This document shows positions 17,502-26,114 of a stretch of DNA of 64,000 nt, piece after piece. The translations under genes were made by a program, and so were the position numbers. This DNA comes from Gemmatimonadales bacterium (GTDB lineage: Bacteria > Gemmatimonadota > Gemmatimonadetes > Gemmatimonadales > GWC2-71-9). The stretch spans positions 20,959-84,958 of the forward strand of contig DATNOR010000007.1 in NCBI GenBank assembly GCA_035601235.1, in the 5' to 3' direction. Numbering within the stretch: the stretch's first letter is position 1; each line of letters opens with the position of its first letter. The notes below the pieces were generated by a model, which did no database searches, had not been told where the DNA came from, and saw nothing but the letters and a program-made list of their open reading frames with translations.

Positions 17502-17668
17502 GGTCGGACCGGAGCGACCGGCCGCAGCTCCGCTCCCCCGCCGCGCGTCTCCAGAAATCCGCGATAGCCGCAGCTGCAGGACTCGATGGTACGGCCCTGA
17601 CGATCGGTCCCAAACTGCAGCTGCTCGTGGCATCCGGGGCAGCGCGGCGCACCGCCGTCCGTCACCAT
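17486..17668 (-). CDS. possible small zinc-ribbon protein downstream of infA (speculative)
   Basis: 60 codons from Met111 of track ORF 17486..17998: MVTDGGAPRCPGCHEQLQF...SCSCGY (CxxC...CxC). Starts 32 nt after the infA stop. Weak SD. Could be a chance ORF in high-GC DNA. Confidence 0.25.
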   Translation of the reverse strand: MVTDGGAPRCPGCHEQLQFGTDRQGRTIESCSCGYRGFLETRGGGAELRPVAPVRPHKAG

Positions 17669-17700
17669 CCCGGCCCGCCCCAGCTCCCGACGCGAGCGGT

Positions 17701-17919
17701 TCACTTGTGCCGGAACGTGATGCGCCCGCGCGTGAGGTCGTACGGCGACACCGCGAGCGTGACGCGGTCTCCCGCGAGCACGCGAATGCGGAACCGCCGC
17801 ATCTTGCCCGCAATCGTAGCGAGCACGTAGTGGCCGTTCGTCAGCAGCACGCGAAACGTCGTGTTGGGCAGCACGTTCTCGACGACGCCGTCGATCTCGA
17901 TCGCTTCTTCTTTGGCCAT
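17701..17919 (-). CDS. infA: translation initiation factor IF-1
   Basis: [72 protein letters not shown] is unmistakably IF-1. ATG at 17919 with GGAGGAG 6 nt upstream. The track start at 17925 is a GTG. Confidence 0.95.
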   Translation of the reverse strand: MAKEEAIEIDGVVENVLPNTTFRVLLTNGHYVLATIAGKMRRFRIRVLAGDRVTLAVSPYDLTRGRITFRHK

Positions 17920-17936
17920 CGGCACTCCTCCGGTTC

Positions 17937-17980
17937 GCTAAAGCAAAGGCGGGACCGGCGCATGGGCCAAGTCCCGCCTT
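17937..17980 (-). terminator. rho-independent-type terminator after the upstream hypothetical gene
   Basis: Perfect 10-bp stem AAGGCGGGAC (17946-17955) / GTCCCGCCTT (17971-17980) with a 15-nt loop. On the minus strand it is followed by TTTGCTTTAG. Confidence 0.5.
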
Positions 17981-18022
17981 GACTCTCGCTGGTGCCAACG
18001 CTAGTCGGCGGTACCGCCAAAG

Positions 18023-18340
18023 TCAAACCGGTGTGCGAGGGGGGGGATCGGACGACCGCTCCTCCGCCTCGAGCTCGTTGAGCGCCGTCCCGACCGCGTC
18101 CGCGCGGAGCCGCTCGGCGGTGCGGTACACGTCCTGAACGCTCGTGCCCCGCACGACGCGGTATTCCCGAGCGCCCGCGCCACCGCGGGCCACGTACTGC
18201 CGCACGTCCCACGGCCCCTTCCCCCCGCAGCGCGGGTAGCAGTCGGCCATCTGGGACAACTCGTCGTCCGAGAGCACCGCACCTCGCAAACCCAGCAGGA
18301 CGCGCAGGCGACTCTGAAAGTCGTCGGGCGCGAGGGTCAT
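18023..18340 (-). CDS. hypothetical protein
   Basis: 105 codons from MTLAPDDFQ (Met21 of track ORF 18023..18400). Non-degenerate composition. No family recognised. Confidence 0.45.
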   Translation of the reverse strand: MTLAPDDFQSRLRVLLGLRGAVLSDDELSQMADCYPRCGGKGPWDVRQYVARGGAGAREYRVVRGTSVQDVYRTAERLRADAVGTALNELEAEERSSDPPPRTPV

Positions 18341-18474
18341 GTCGTTCCTCACCAGGGATATGTACAGGGTTTGAACCGTCGACGATAGCCCGCCGTGCAT
18401 GGCGGGCGGGTGTTGCCCGTGTCCGGGCCGGCGTGCAGCTTAATCGCTGACTCGCTCTCCGCTCAGAGGCTCCC

Positions 18475-19086
18475 ATGCGTCACACTGCGCTCGTGTCCTG
18501 CGTCGCCTTTCTGCTGGTCGCCCGCGCCGTCATCGCGCTACCGCTCTCCGCGCAAGCCGCGGGCGGCCGGACCGCCGAACAGATCCGGGCGTCCTACGAC
18601 GCCCATCACGCCGACTTCGACTATCTGCTCGGCGATTGGGCGTTCACCGCGGCGAACCAGCAGTACGGCGCGATGCGCGGGTTCTGGAGCGCCGTGCGCC
18701 TCGACGACGGCCAGGTCCTGGACGAGTACCGCATCGTCGGCGACAGCGGCCAGACGTATTACGTGACCAAGACGTTGCGCGCCTATAATGCCGTGCTCGA
18801 TCGCTGGGAGCTTGTCTCGACCGAGGGGGGAACGGGACTGCAGAACGTCGGCACCGGCCAGCGGGTCGGCTCGGAGATGCACATCGAGCAGAAGTTCGGC
18901 GTGATGAGCCCACAGCCATCGCTGTGGCGGATCCGCTACTACGACATCCGGCCCGACCGGTTTTCGTGGAGCGCGGACCGCTCCACGGATGACGGCCGCA
19001 CGTGGACCACGAGCTTCCAGACGATCGAGGCCCGCCGCATCGGACCACCGCGCTCCTTGGGACCGCTCGCGCCCGCCAGGCGATGA
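18475..19086 (+). CDS. secreted hypothetical protein
   Basis: 203-aa ORF with signal peptide MRHTALVSCVAFLLVARAVIALPLSAQA. Translationally coupled (ATGA) to the following DsbA-like gene. Confidence 0.6.
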   Translation: MRHTALVSCVAFLLVARAVIALPLSAQAAGGRTAEQIRASYDAHHADFDYLLGDWAFTAANQQYGAMRGFWSAVRLDDGQVLDEYRIVGDSGQTYYVTKTLRAYNAVLDRWELVSTEGGTGLQNVGTGQRVGSEMHIEQKFGVMSPQPSLWRIRYYDIRPDRFSWSADRSTDDGRTWTTSFQTIEARRIGPPRSLGPLAPARR

Positions 19087-19619
19087 AGGCGCCGCCACGA
19101 GCACTGCTCACCCCGCCCGTCGGCGCCCGCGACCATGTCCAGGGACCGGCGGACGCACGCGTGACCCTGGTGGAGTACGGCGACTTCGAGTGTCCGTTTT
19201 GCGGCGCCGCCTACCCCGAGCTGAAGCGCGTGCTGCGCGAGCTCGGACCCAAGGTCCGCTTCGTGTTCCGGCACTTTCCGCTGGCCGAAGAGCACCCCCA
19301 CGCCCCCCAGGCCGCGGAGGCGGCCGAGGCCGCCGCCGCGCAGGGCAAGTTCTGGCAGATGCACGATCTCCTGTATCTGCATCAAGCGGCGCTCGAGGAC
19401 GAGGACCTGGTGGGGTACGCGCGCGAGCTCGGGATCGATGCCGACCGGGTGATGCGAGAGCTGGTCGAACACACTTACGCCGCGCGCGTGCGCGAGGACT
19501 TCCTGAGCGGCGTGCGGAGCGGCGTGAGCGGTACCCCGCGGTTCTTCATCAATGGCCGCCCGCACGAGGAGCCGGGCGATGCGAAAACGCTCGCCGCCGC
19601 GCTGCGGCGGGCCCTGTAG
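19083..19619 (+). CDS. DsbA-family thioredoxin-fold oxidoreductase
   Basis: Start at MKAPPRALL (Met28 of track ORF 19002..19619). CPFC active site in VEYGDFECPFCGAAYP, plus GVSGTPRFFINGR. Confidence 0.85.
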   Translation: MKAPPRALLTPPVGARDHVQGPADARVTLVEYGDFECPFCGAAYPELKRVLRELGPKVRFVFRHFPLAEEHPHAPQAAEAAEAAAAQGKFWQMHDLLYLHQAALEDEDLVGYARELGIDADRVMRELVEHTYAARVREDFLSGVRSGVSGTPRFFINGRPHEEPGDAKTLAAALRRAL

Positions 19620-19828
19620 AGAGGAAGGCCGGGGCCGGGGGTGGAACGCGCACCCGAACTGAACATCGGCCTCGCGCCTCCCAGGCGTGCTGACGTCTCG
19701 CGTGTTGCGCTACAGCAACACATGTAGCCGCCTGACCCACCTGGTGCGGTCACGCCGGCGGCGCGGCGTGGGCACAGCCGGCGCCTCCAACGTGAGGGCC
19801 CGCTTGTTGCTAGCCCCTCGTAAGGCTC

Positions 19829-20791
19829 ATGGACATCCCAGGCGTGCCTCCGGTCGTCCTGATCACGGGCGTTCGAGAGCCCTCTTTTGCGCGGGCGGTC
19901 GCTGCGAATGGGTATGCCGTGGCCCACCCGCCGACCGCCGCGCTGGCGCTCGAGCGGGCACGGGAGGCTCGGCCTGACCTCATCATCGTCGGACCCGAGC
20001 TGCCCGACAGCTCGCCGATCGACGTGTGTCGGTTGTTTCACCATGATCCGCACATCGGCGGGAGCGTGCCGATCCTCATTCTCGCTCCCGATAGGCCGAC
20101 GCCGCAGCAGAGAGTGACCGCGCTCGAAGTCGGTGCGTGGGACTTTGTCCGCTATCCAGGCGACCTCGACGAGTTGTCGATCAAGCTGCAGAGCTACGTG
20201 CAGGCGAAGCGCAACATCGACGCCGCTCTCGCCGACCGACCGGTTGACCCACCCGCGGGACTCCACGATCGTGCCGGCCTGGCGCGGCGGGCGCGGGAAC
20301 TGGGGGCGCTGATGGGCCGCCAACACGGGGCGCTGGCTTGCGTCGTGGTCGCGCTGGAGACGGACCGCGCGAACGCAACCGCTGCGGGCGTCGTCGCGCA
20401 GGCAGTCCGAGTATCGGACGTCGTCGGGGCGTTGGGTCCGACCGAATTCGCCGTGATCGCACCCGCGACCGACGACGCCGGAGCCGTGAAGCTCGCCCAG
20501 CGCATCGGCGCCGTCCTGAGCGGAACGTTCGGCGGCGGAGCGGTAGCGGGTGCTCCGGAGCTGGCGCTCCGGGCCGGCTACGATGCCGTCGGCAACCTCA
20601 CGTATTCACCAATTGATCCCGTCGCGCTGCTGTTGCGCGCCACCACGGCGCTGCGCAGCGGCAAGCCCGAGCCCGGCTGCCCGTGGGTGCGGCGCCTCGA
20701 CAGGAGCACGGGGACCGATCGAGATGGCGGAAGGACGGCACGCACGACTCCTTCCGGAGTCGCGTCCGATTCGCGGAGATCGAGCTCATGA
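19829..20791 (+). CDS. pseudo-receiver (REC-like, catalytic residues substituted) fused to a degenerate GGDEF-like domain
   Basis: 320-aa ORF. REC-fold pattern VVLITG...RPDLIIVGPELPD...PILILAP...GAWDFVRYP, with Gly at the phospho-Asp position and Tyr at the Lys position. GGDEF replaced by GPTEF (VVGALGPTEFAVIAP), and the region upstream of it is shortened. Confidence 0.65.
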   Translation: MDIPGVPPVVLITGVREPSFARAVAANGYAVAHPPTAALALERAREARPDLIIVGPELPDSSPIDVCRLFHHDPHIGGSVPILILAPDRPTPQQRVTALEVGAWDFVRYPGDLDELSIKLQSYVQAKRNIDAALADRPVDPPAGLHDRAGLARRARELGALMGRQHGALACVVVALETDRANATAAGVVAQAVRVSDVVGALGPTEFAVIAPATDDAGAVKLAQRIGAVLSGTFGGGAVAGAPELALRAGYDAVGNLTYSPIDPVALLLRATTALRSGKPEPGCPWVRRLDRSTGTDRDGGRTARTTPSGVASDSRRSSS

Positions 20792-21318
20792 AGGTCTCGG
20801 GTCTCATAGTCACCACGCTGGGCGGCGCGGCCGCGGTGGTCATGCTGAGCTGCGGAGCACCGTCGCCGTTGGGCGTTCCGCCGCAGCGCGCGCTGGAGCA
20901 GGCACCACTCGGGACCTGGCTGCTCCAAGCCGGCGGCCTCCTCACGTGCTCACCGCTCGCGTACGATTCCGTCACCGAGACGGTTGGACCGGATGGCGGC
21001 ACGATTGACGTCGGCCCGCACGCCCTGGCCATTCCCGCCGGAGCACTCGCGGTGCCGACGACCATCACCGCGGTGGTACGGTCGGACACCGTGAACGTGG
21101 TGCGGTTCCAGCCGCAGGGCCTGCAGTTCGATCGCCCGGCGTCCCTCACGATGAGCTACGCGAACTGCGGTCTGCTCGGATCGCTTGCACCCAAGGAGAT
21201 TGCTCACACCACGGACGAGCTCGAGATCCTCTCCTACCTGCCCTCGGTCGACGCCCCGGCCGCGCGCACGGTCACGGGCCAGTTGCAGCACTTTTCCGAC
21301 TATGCCATCGCCTGGTGA
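20788..21318 (+). CDS. putative lipoprotein / secreted protein
   Basis: Start at MKVSGLIVTTLGGAAAVVMLSCG (Met36 of track ORF 20683..21318), in ATGA overlap with the upstream stop. Confidence 0.6.
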   Translation: MKVSGLIVTTLGGAAAVVMLSCGAPSPLGVPPQRALEQAPLGTWLLQAGGLLTCSPLAYDSVTETVGPDGGTIDVGPHALAIPAGALAVPTTITAVVRSDTVNVVRFQPQGLQFDRPASLTMSYANCGLLGSLAPKEIAHTTDELEILSYLPSVDAPAARTVTGQLQHFSDYAIAW

Positions 21319-22918
21319 GACCCGCCGGGCGCAGCCCTCGCCCGCGGCGCACCGAGCCGCCGACTTGCTCGACGAAGCGCGGGGGCGTGAGCGCGCCGGT
21401 TGCATCCCGGAGGCGATTGCGCGCTACGAGTCCGGGATTAGGGCGGCGGAGCAGGAGGGGGCGCGCGCCCTGCTGGCGGAGGCGCTGCGGCGTTTGGCGG
21501 TGCTGCGACATCACCGCGGCGAGCCCGCACAGGCGCGCGCGCTCTGCCATCAGAGCTACGACGTCGCAGGGCAGATCAGCAACGACGTACTCGCGGCGGA
21601 GGCGCTCAATACGCTGGGCGGGCTGGACCTCGCGACGGGCTCCTTGGAGGACGCCCGCAAGACGTTCATGCGGGCACTGGAGCTGGGCGGATCGAGCCGG
21701 CAGCTGCGCGCGCGGGTCCAGCAGAATCTCGGGATCGTCGCCAACATCCAGGGCGAGCTGAGCGAGGCCCTGGCGCGCTATGAGCGCTCCCTCGCGGCGT
21801 ACCGTGACTGCGGGGACGAGCATGGGTGCGCCATCGCCTACCACAATCTGGGGATGGTCAGCGCGGACCGCGAACGGCTCGAGGCTGCGGACTGCTACTT
21901 CCGGGAGAGTCGCGCCCTCGCCGAGCGGGTCGGAGACGTCCACCTGCAGGCGCTGTGCCTGGTGAATCACGCGGAAGTAGACGTGGCCCGCCAGCGGTTC
22001 GAGAACGCGCGGCAGAGCGCGGAGCATGCGCTGTCGCTGTTCGATCAGCTGGGCGCGCGAGGCGCCAAGGCGGACGCCTACCGGGTGATCGGCATGGTGT
22101 ATCGCGAGACGGGACGCCTCACCCTCGCCGAGTCACGGCTGCGCGCGGCGATCGAGCTGGCGCGCGACGCGGGCTCGGTCCTCAACGAAGCGGAAGCCTC
22201 CCGGGAGCTTGCCCTGCTCTGCCAAGTGATGGGGCGGAACCAGGAAGCGCTCCGCCTGCTCAACAGCGCGCACCGGCTGTTTCGCCGACTGGATGCGCGG
22301 GTGGACCTGGTGCACGTGGGCGGGAAGGTGGCGGAGCTCGAAGGCACCTACCTCGCGGTCGTGCGCGCCTGGGGACGCTCGATCGAGTCGAGCGACAGCT
22401 ACACGTTCGGCCATTGCGAGCGGGTCGCGCAGCATGCGGTCGCCGTGGCGCGGGCCCTGGACCTCGACGAGGCCGAGGAGACGACCGTGCTGCTCGGCGC
22501 GTATCTCCACGACCTGGGCAAGGTGCGGATCCCCCACGAGATTCTCCGCAAGCCCGGCCCGCTCAGCGACGAGGAGCGTGCCGTGGTGCAGCTGCACCCG
22601 GTCTGGGGAATCGAGTTGCTGGTGAACGTCGACTTCCCCTGGGACCTGAAGCCGATCATCCGCTGGCACCACGAGAAATACGACGGCAGTGGCTATCCCG
22701 ACCGGCTCGAGGGAGACGAAATCCCGCTCGCCGCCCAGATCGTCGGGATCCTGGACGTCTACGATGCCCTCACCAACCCGCGGGCCTATGCGCCGGCGCT
22801 CCCGGTGGCGCAGGCGCTCGCGGAGATGACCGACCACCGGTCCTGGTGGTGTGAGCGGGTCTTCGAGGCCTTCTGGCGCGTCGTGGCCCAGGGAACAGGA
22901 CACGACGCGACACGGTAG
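21302..22918 (+). CDS. TPR-repeat protein with C-terminal HD-GYP domain (c-di-GMP phosphodiesterase type)
   Basis: Start at Met40 of track ORF 21185..22918 (ATG 21302), a 17-nt overlap with the lipoprotein gene. TPR-like repeats, then HDLGKVRIPHEIL and HHEKYDGSGYP. Confidence 0.85.
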   Translation: MPSPGETRRAQPSPAAHRAADLLDEARGRERAGCIPEAIARYESGIRAAEQEGARALLAEALRRLAVLRHHRGEPAQARALCHQSYDVAGQISNDVLAAEALNTLGGLDLATGSLEDARKTFMRALELGGSSRQLRARVQQNLGIVANIQGELSEALARYERSLAAYRDCGDEHGCAIAYHNLGMVSADRERLEAADCYFRESRALAERVGDVHLQALCLVNHAEVDVARQRFENARQSAEHALSLFDQLGARGAKADAYRVIGMVYRETGRLTLAESRLRAAIELARDAGSVLNEAEASRELALLCQVMGRNQEALRLLNSAHRLFRRLDARVDLVHVGGKVAELEGTYLAVVRAWGRSIESSDSYTFGHCERVAQHAVAVARALDLDEAEETTVLLGAYLHDLGKVRIPHEILRKPGPLSDEERAVVQLHPVWGIELLVNVDFPWDLKPIIRWHHEKYDGSGYPDRLEGDEIPLAAQIVGILDVYDALTNPRAYAPALPVAQALAEMTDHRSWWCERVFEAFWRVVAQGTGHDATR

Positions 22919-22932
22919 GCCGAGCCGCCGTG

Positions 22933-25221
22933 CTACGGCCGGAGCTTCAATTCCCCGAGCAGTGCCCGGAATCGCGGATGACTGCGCAGCGGCGCGAACA
23001 GAAACGAGCCCTTGATCCCGTAGATCGCGCCGGCACGCTGCGCGAACGCGCGTTCCAGCAGGTCCATGGCCCGCTCGGGCTCGCCCAGTCCCGTGTACAC
23101 GTAGGCGAGGTGATAGGGTGAGACGTACGTCTCCCGCGCGCGCTCTTCAAGCTGGCGCAGCACGTCCCGGGCCCGGTCGACCTTTCCGGCCAGCGCGTAG
23201 GCCTGGCCCAGCTGCGCCAACCACTGCGCGTTCCCCGGTGTGAGCGCGACCGCCCGCTCCAGGTCGGACAACCCCTCGTCCATCATGCCCTGCTTGAAGA
23301 GCGCCCACCCCCGCGTCGCGAGGGCCCGCTCGTGGTCCGGATCGAACTCCAGCGTGCGCGCGGCCCCGCGGGCCGCTTCGGGGTACCGGCCCGCGCGGAG
23401 CTGCGTCGTCGCCACGTCGAGCCGGTGCGCGAGCGGGTCCAGCTCCTGCGCCCGCTGTTGCAGCGTGATGGCCTCTTCGTAGCGCGCCACCGCCGAGCAC
23501 ATCCGGCCGTACAGGTCGTAGGTGTCGGCGCTGTTGGGGCTCAACTCCAGCGCCCGCTGGAACTCCGCCTCGGCGCCCGTCCAGTCGAAGTCCCAGATGC
23601 TCTTGAGGTAGGCGAGGGTGCAATGGGCCTCGCCCAGCTGCGGATCGATGCGGACCGCGTGCGCCGCGGCGTCCTTGGCTTCCCGGGCCGCCGTGTCCGG
23701 GGCCATCGCGCCGCTTTCCGCCAGCTCGGCGTACGCCATGGCCACCGCCGCGTACGCCAGGGCGTACGCCGGGTCTCGGGCGATGGCGCCCCGGAAATGC
23801 TCGATCGCCCGCTGCATCGCCGCCGGCGTGTAGCGCACCAGCCAATGCCGGCCCAGCAGATAGAGCTGATACGCCCGCAGGTCGCTCGTCGGCTCCTTGC
23901 GGATGCGTGTCTGCTCGTCGACGGACAGCTCGGCCTTGAGGGCGTCCGCGATATGCAGCGCCACGTCGGTCTGGATCCCGAAGATGTCGGTGAGCTGTCG
24001 GTCGTACGTCTCCGCCCAGAGGTGCCGGTCGGTCTCGGCATCGACGAGCTGCGCCACGATGCGCACCCGATCGCCCGCGCGCCGCACACTGCCGTCCAGC
24101 AGGGTCGCGGCCTCGAGCCGCGCCCCGATCTCCTTGAGGCTCTGCTCGCGCTGCTTGAACGGCATCACCGACGAGCGCGAGATCACCTTGAGCGCGCGGA
24201 CTTTCGACAGGTGCGCGATCACGTCCTCGGTGATCCCGTCGGCGAAGTACTCGTTCTCCGGATCGGCGCTCAGATTCCGGAACGGCAGCACGGCCACGGA
24301 CGGCGGGCGAGGCTCGCGGGCCGGCGCGGCGAGGGCGTCGGCGAACGCCGCCATCGAGGCGAACCGGTCAGCCGGCGCCTTGGCGAGGGCCGTGCGCAGC
24401 GCCTGGTCCACACCCGGCGGCACGGTGGGTCGCAGCCGGCGTACCGCCGGCACCGGGTCGACCATCACCTTGGCGATCAAGGCTCGCGCCGTCGGCCCGG
24501 TGTAGGGCGGCTCGCCGGCGAGCATCTCGTACAGCACGCAGGCGAGGCTGTACACGTCGCTGCGGGCGTCGAGCGTCCGCTCCCCCGCGCCCTGCTCCGG
24601 ACTCATGTACTCCGGAGTCCCGACGGCGAATCCGGTGTGGGTGACGCGCCGATCCGCCGCCGCGTTGACCGCGAGCGCGATCCCGAAGTCGGCCACCATC
24701 GCCTCGCCCTCGTGCAGCAGAATGTTCTCCGGCTTGACGTCGCGGTGGATCACGTGGTGGGCGTGCGCGTGGCTCAGGGCGGAAGCTACCTGGCGGGTGA
24801 TGGCAAGGGCCTCATCCACCGGTAGCTGCTTCTCGCGCTCGAGCTTGGCGCGCAGCGACTCACCCTTGATGTGGGGCATGACGTAGAACAGGCAGCCGCC
24901 GGCCTCACCGGAGTCGTACAGCGCGAGGATGTGCGGATGGTTGAGCCGCGCCGCGATCTCGACCTCGCGCAGGAAGCGCTCCGCACCGATCGACGCGGCC
25001 AATTCGGGTCGCAGCACTTTGACCGCCACGAGCCGATGATGCTTGACGTCGTGCGCGAGGTAGACCGTCGCCATGCCGCCGTGCCCCAGCTCGCGCTCGA
25101 TCGTATAGCGACCAGCGAGCGCCGCCCGGAGGCGCACATCGGCAGCGGGCGCCAGGCCCTTCTCGGGTGGTTCGCTCAGGTGGGCCAGATTTCCTTGAAC
25201 AGTTTCAGCATCGCCGCCCAC
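22933..25221 (-). CDS. Ser/Thr protein kinase with TolB-N-like middle region and C-terminal TPR repeats
   Basis: 762-aa ORF with GHGGMATVY, VAVK, HRDVKPENILL, DFG, GTPEYMSPEQ, then TPR repeats. The start is uncertain: ATG 25221 overlaps the upstream gene by 46 nt, and GTG at about 25137 is an alternative. Confidence 0.9.
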   Translation of the reverse strand: MGGDAETVQGNLAHLSEPPEKGLAPAADVRLRAALAGRYTIERELGHGGMATVYLAHDVKHHRLVAVKVLRPELAASIGAERFLREVEIAARLNHPHILALYDSGEAGGCLFYVMPHIKGESLRAKLEREKQLPVDEALAITRQVASALSHAHAHHVIHRDVKPENILLHEGEAMVADFGIALAVNAAADRRVTHTGFAVGTPEYMSPEQGAGERTLDARSDVYSLACVLYEMLAGEPPYTGPTARALIAKVMVDPVPAVRRLRPTVPPGVDQALRTALAKAPADRFASMAAFADALAAPAREPRPPSVAVLPFRNLSADPENEYFADGITEDVIAHLSKVRALKVISRSSVMPFKQREQSLKEIGARLEAATLLDGSVRRAGDRVRIVAQLVDAETDRHLWAETYDRQLTDIFGIQTDVALHIADALKAELSVDEQTRIRKEPTSDLRAYQLYLLGRHWLVRYTPAAMQRAIEHFRGAIARDPAYALAYAAVAMAYAELAESGAMAPDTAAREAKDAAAHAVRIDPQLGEAHCTLAYLKSIWDFDWTGAEAEFQRALELSPNSADTYDLYGRMCSAVARYEEAITLQQRAQELDPLAHRLDVATTQLRAGRYPEAARGAARTLEFDPDHERALATRGWALFKQGMMDEGLSDLERAVALTPGNAQWLAQLGQAYALAGKVDRARDVLRQLEERARETYVSPYHLAYVYTGLGEPERAMDLLERAFAQRAGAIYGIKGSFLFAPLRSHPRFRALLGELKLRP

Positions 25222-25970
25222 GACTCCCGGTCCGCCGCGGCATCATAGGCGAGCTGGGGCATGCCGTACTGCGCGGCGTTCGGGTTGGTGAACCCATGTT
25301 TGGCGCCCGGATACGTGATCACCTCGAACCGCGCGCCCGCCGCCTGCATCTCCCGCTTGAACGCCTCCAGTTGCTCGGGCGGCACGAACGGATCGGCGCC
25401 GCCCGCGAGGACGAGAACCCGGGCTTTGACCTTCCCGGGCTGCGCGGGCGAGGTGGTCGCGAGGGCACCGTGGAACGTCACCACCGCCGCCAGGTCCGCG
25501 CCGCCGCGCGCCATGCCGAGCACCACCGCCCCGCCGAAGCAGTACCCGATGGCGGCGAGGCGCGTCGTATCGACGTGCGGGTCCCGCTTCAGCTGCTCCA
25601 GCGCCGCATTGAACCGGGCGGCGAGCACCGCCGGGTCCTTGGTCACCTCGTTCACGAACGCCTGCGCGTCCTGTGGATGGGTGGTGACTTTACCCTTACC
25701 GTACATGTCGAGGGCGAAGCCGACGTAGCCCGCCTCGGCCAGGCGCCGCGCCTGGTTGCGTGCGTGCTCGTTGTGACCCCACCACTCGTGGACCACCAGC
25801 ACTCCGGGCCGCCGACCGCGCGCAGCGTCGTCCCAAGCAACGAATCCCTGCAGCACGGTCTCGCCCTGCCGGTACTCGATCTCCCGAGTCTTGATGGTGG
25901 CGGTCTTCGGCAAGTTGGGCGAAAGTGAAAGCAGCACGACGGCCGTCGCCAGTCCGTACGAGGTGCGCAT
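25176..25970 (-). CDS. dienelactone hydrolase family protein (secreted)
   Basis: Start at MRTSYGLATAVVLLSL (Met20 of track ORF 25176..26027). Contains VVHEWWG and the nucleophile motif IGYCFGG. Confidence 0.85.
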   Translation of the reverse strand: MRTSYGLATAVVLLSLSPNLPKTATIKTREIEYRQGETVLQGFVAWDDAARGRRPGVLVVHEWWGHNEHARNQARRLAEAGYVGFALDMYGKGKVTTHPQDAQAFVNEVTKDPAVLAARFNAALEQLKRDPHVDTTRLAAIGYCFGGAVVLGMARGGADLAAVVTFHGALATTSPAQPGKVKARVLVLAGGADPFVPPEQLEAFKREMQAAGARFEVITYPGAKHGFTNPNAAQYGMPQLAYDAAADRESWAAMLKLFKEIWPT

Positions 25971-26114
25971 GCGTCGATCTCCTGATGTCGTGTGGATGGA
26001 GTAGAACGCTAGAGCGCCGGGAAACACACCGCCAGTGCCGCGACTTCGACGCGTGGGAACTTCCGACGCGACGCCGCGGTTTGGGCTATGTTATTCCTAC
26101 GTTCGGGAGGTGTC

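Noticed and set aside
18039-18046. Homopolymeric G8/C8 tracts inside coding regions (18039-18046, 38921-38928, 47168-47175, 14206-14213) as possible phase-variation switches.
   Set aside because: They encode ordinary Gly/Pro runs in unrelated housekeeping-type genes. They are not near 5' ends, and runs of this length are expected by chance at this GC content.
19702-19728. Two interleaved hairpins in the 209-nt leader upstream of the pseudo-receiver operon (GTGTTGC/GCAACAC and GCTACA/TGTAGC), as a possible riboswitch-like alternative structure or pseudoknot.
   Set aside because: The stems are only 6-7 bp and there are essentially no connecting loops, so a pseudoknot is sterically unlikely. 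I see no resemblance to a known riboswitch, and the pattern could easily be chance. It is worth a glance only if the leader proves conserved.
19620-19828. Longer intergenic regions (19620-19828, 40354-40505, 44669-44798, 31543-31669) inspected for tRNA, tmRNA or other structured RNA genes.
   Set aside because: No cloverleaf-compatible stems, T-loop (GTTCxAxxC) or conserved RNA motifs were recognisable by eye. A covariance-model scan (tRNAscan-SE, Infernal/Rfam) would be needed to be sure.
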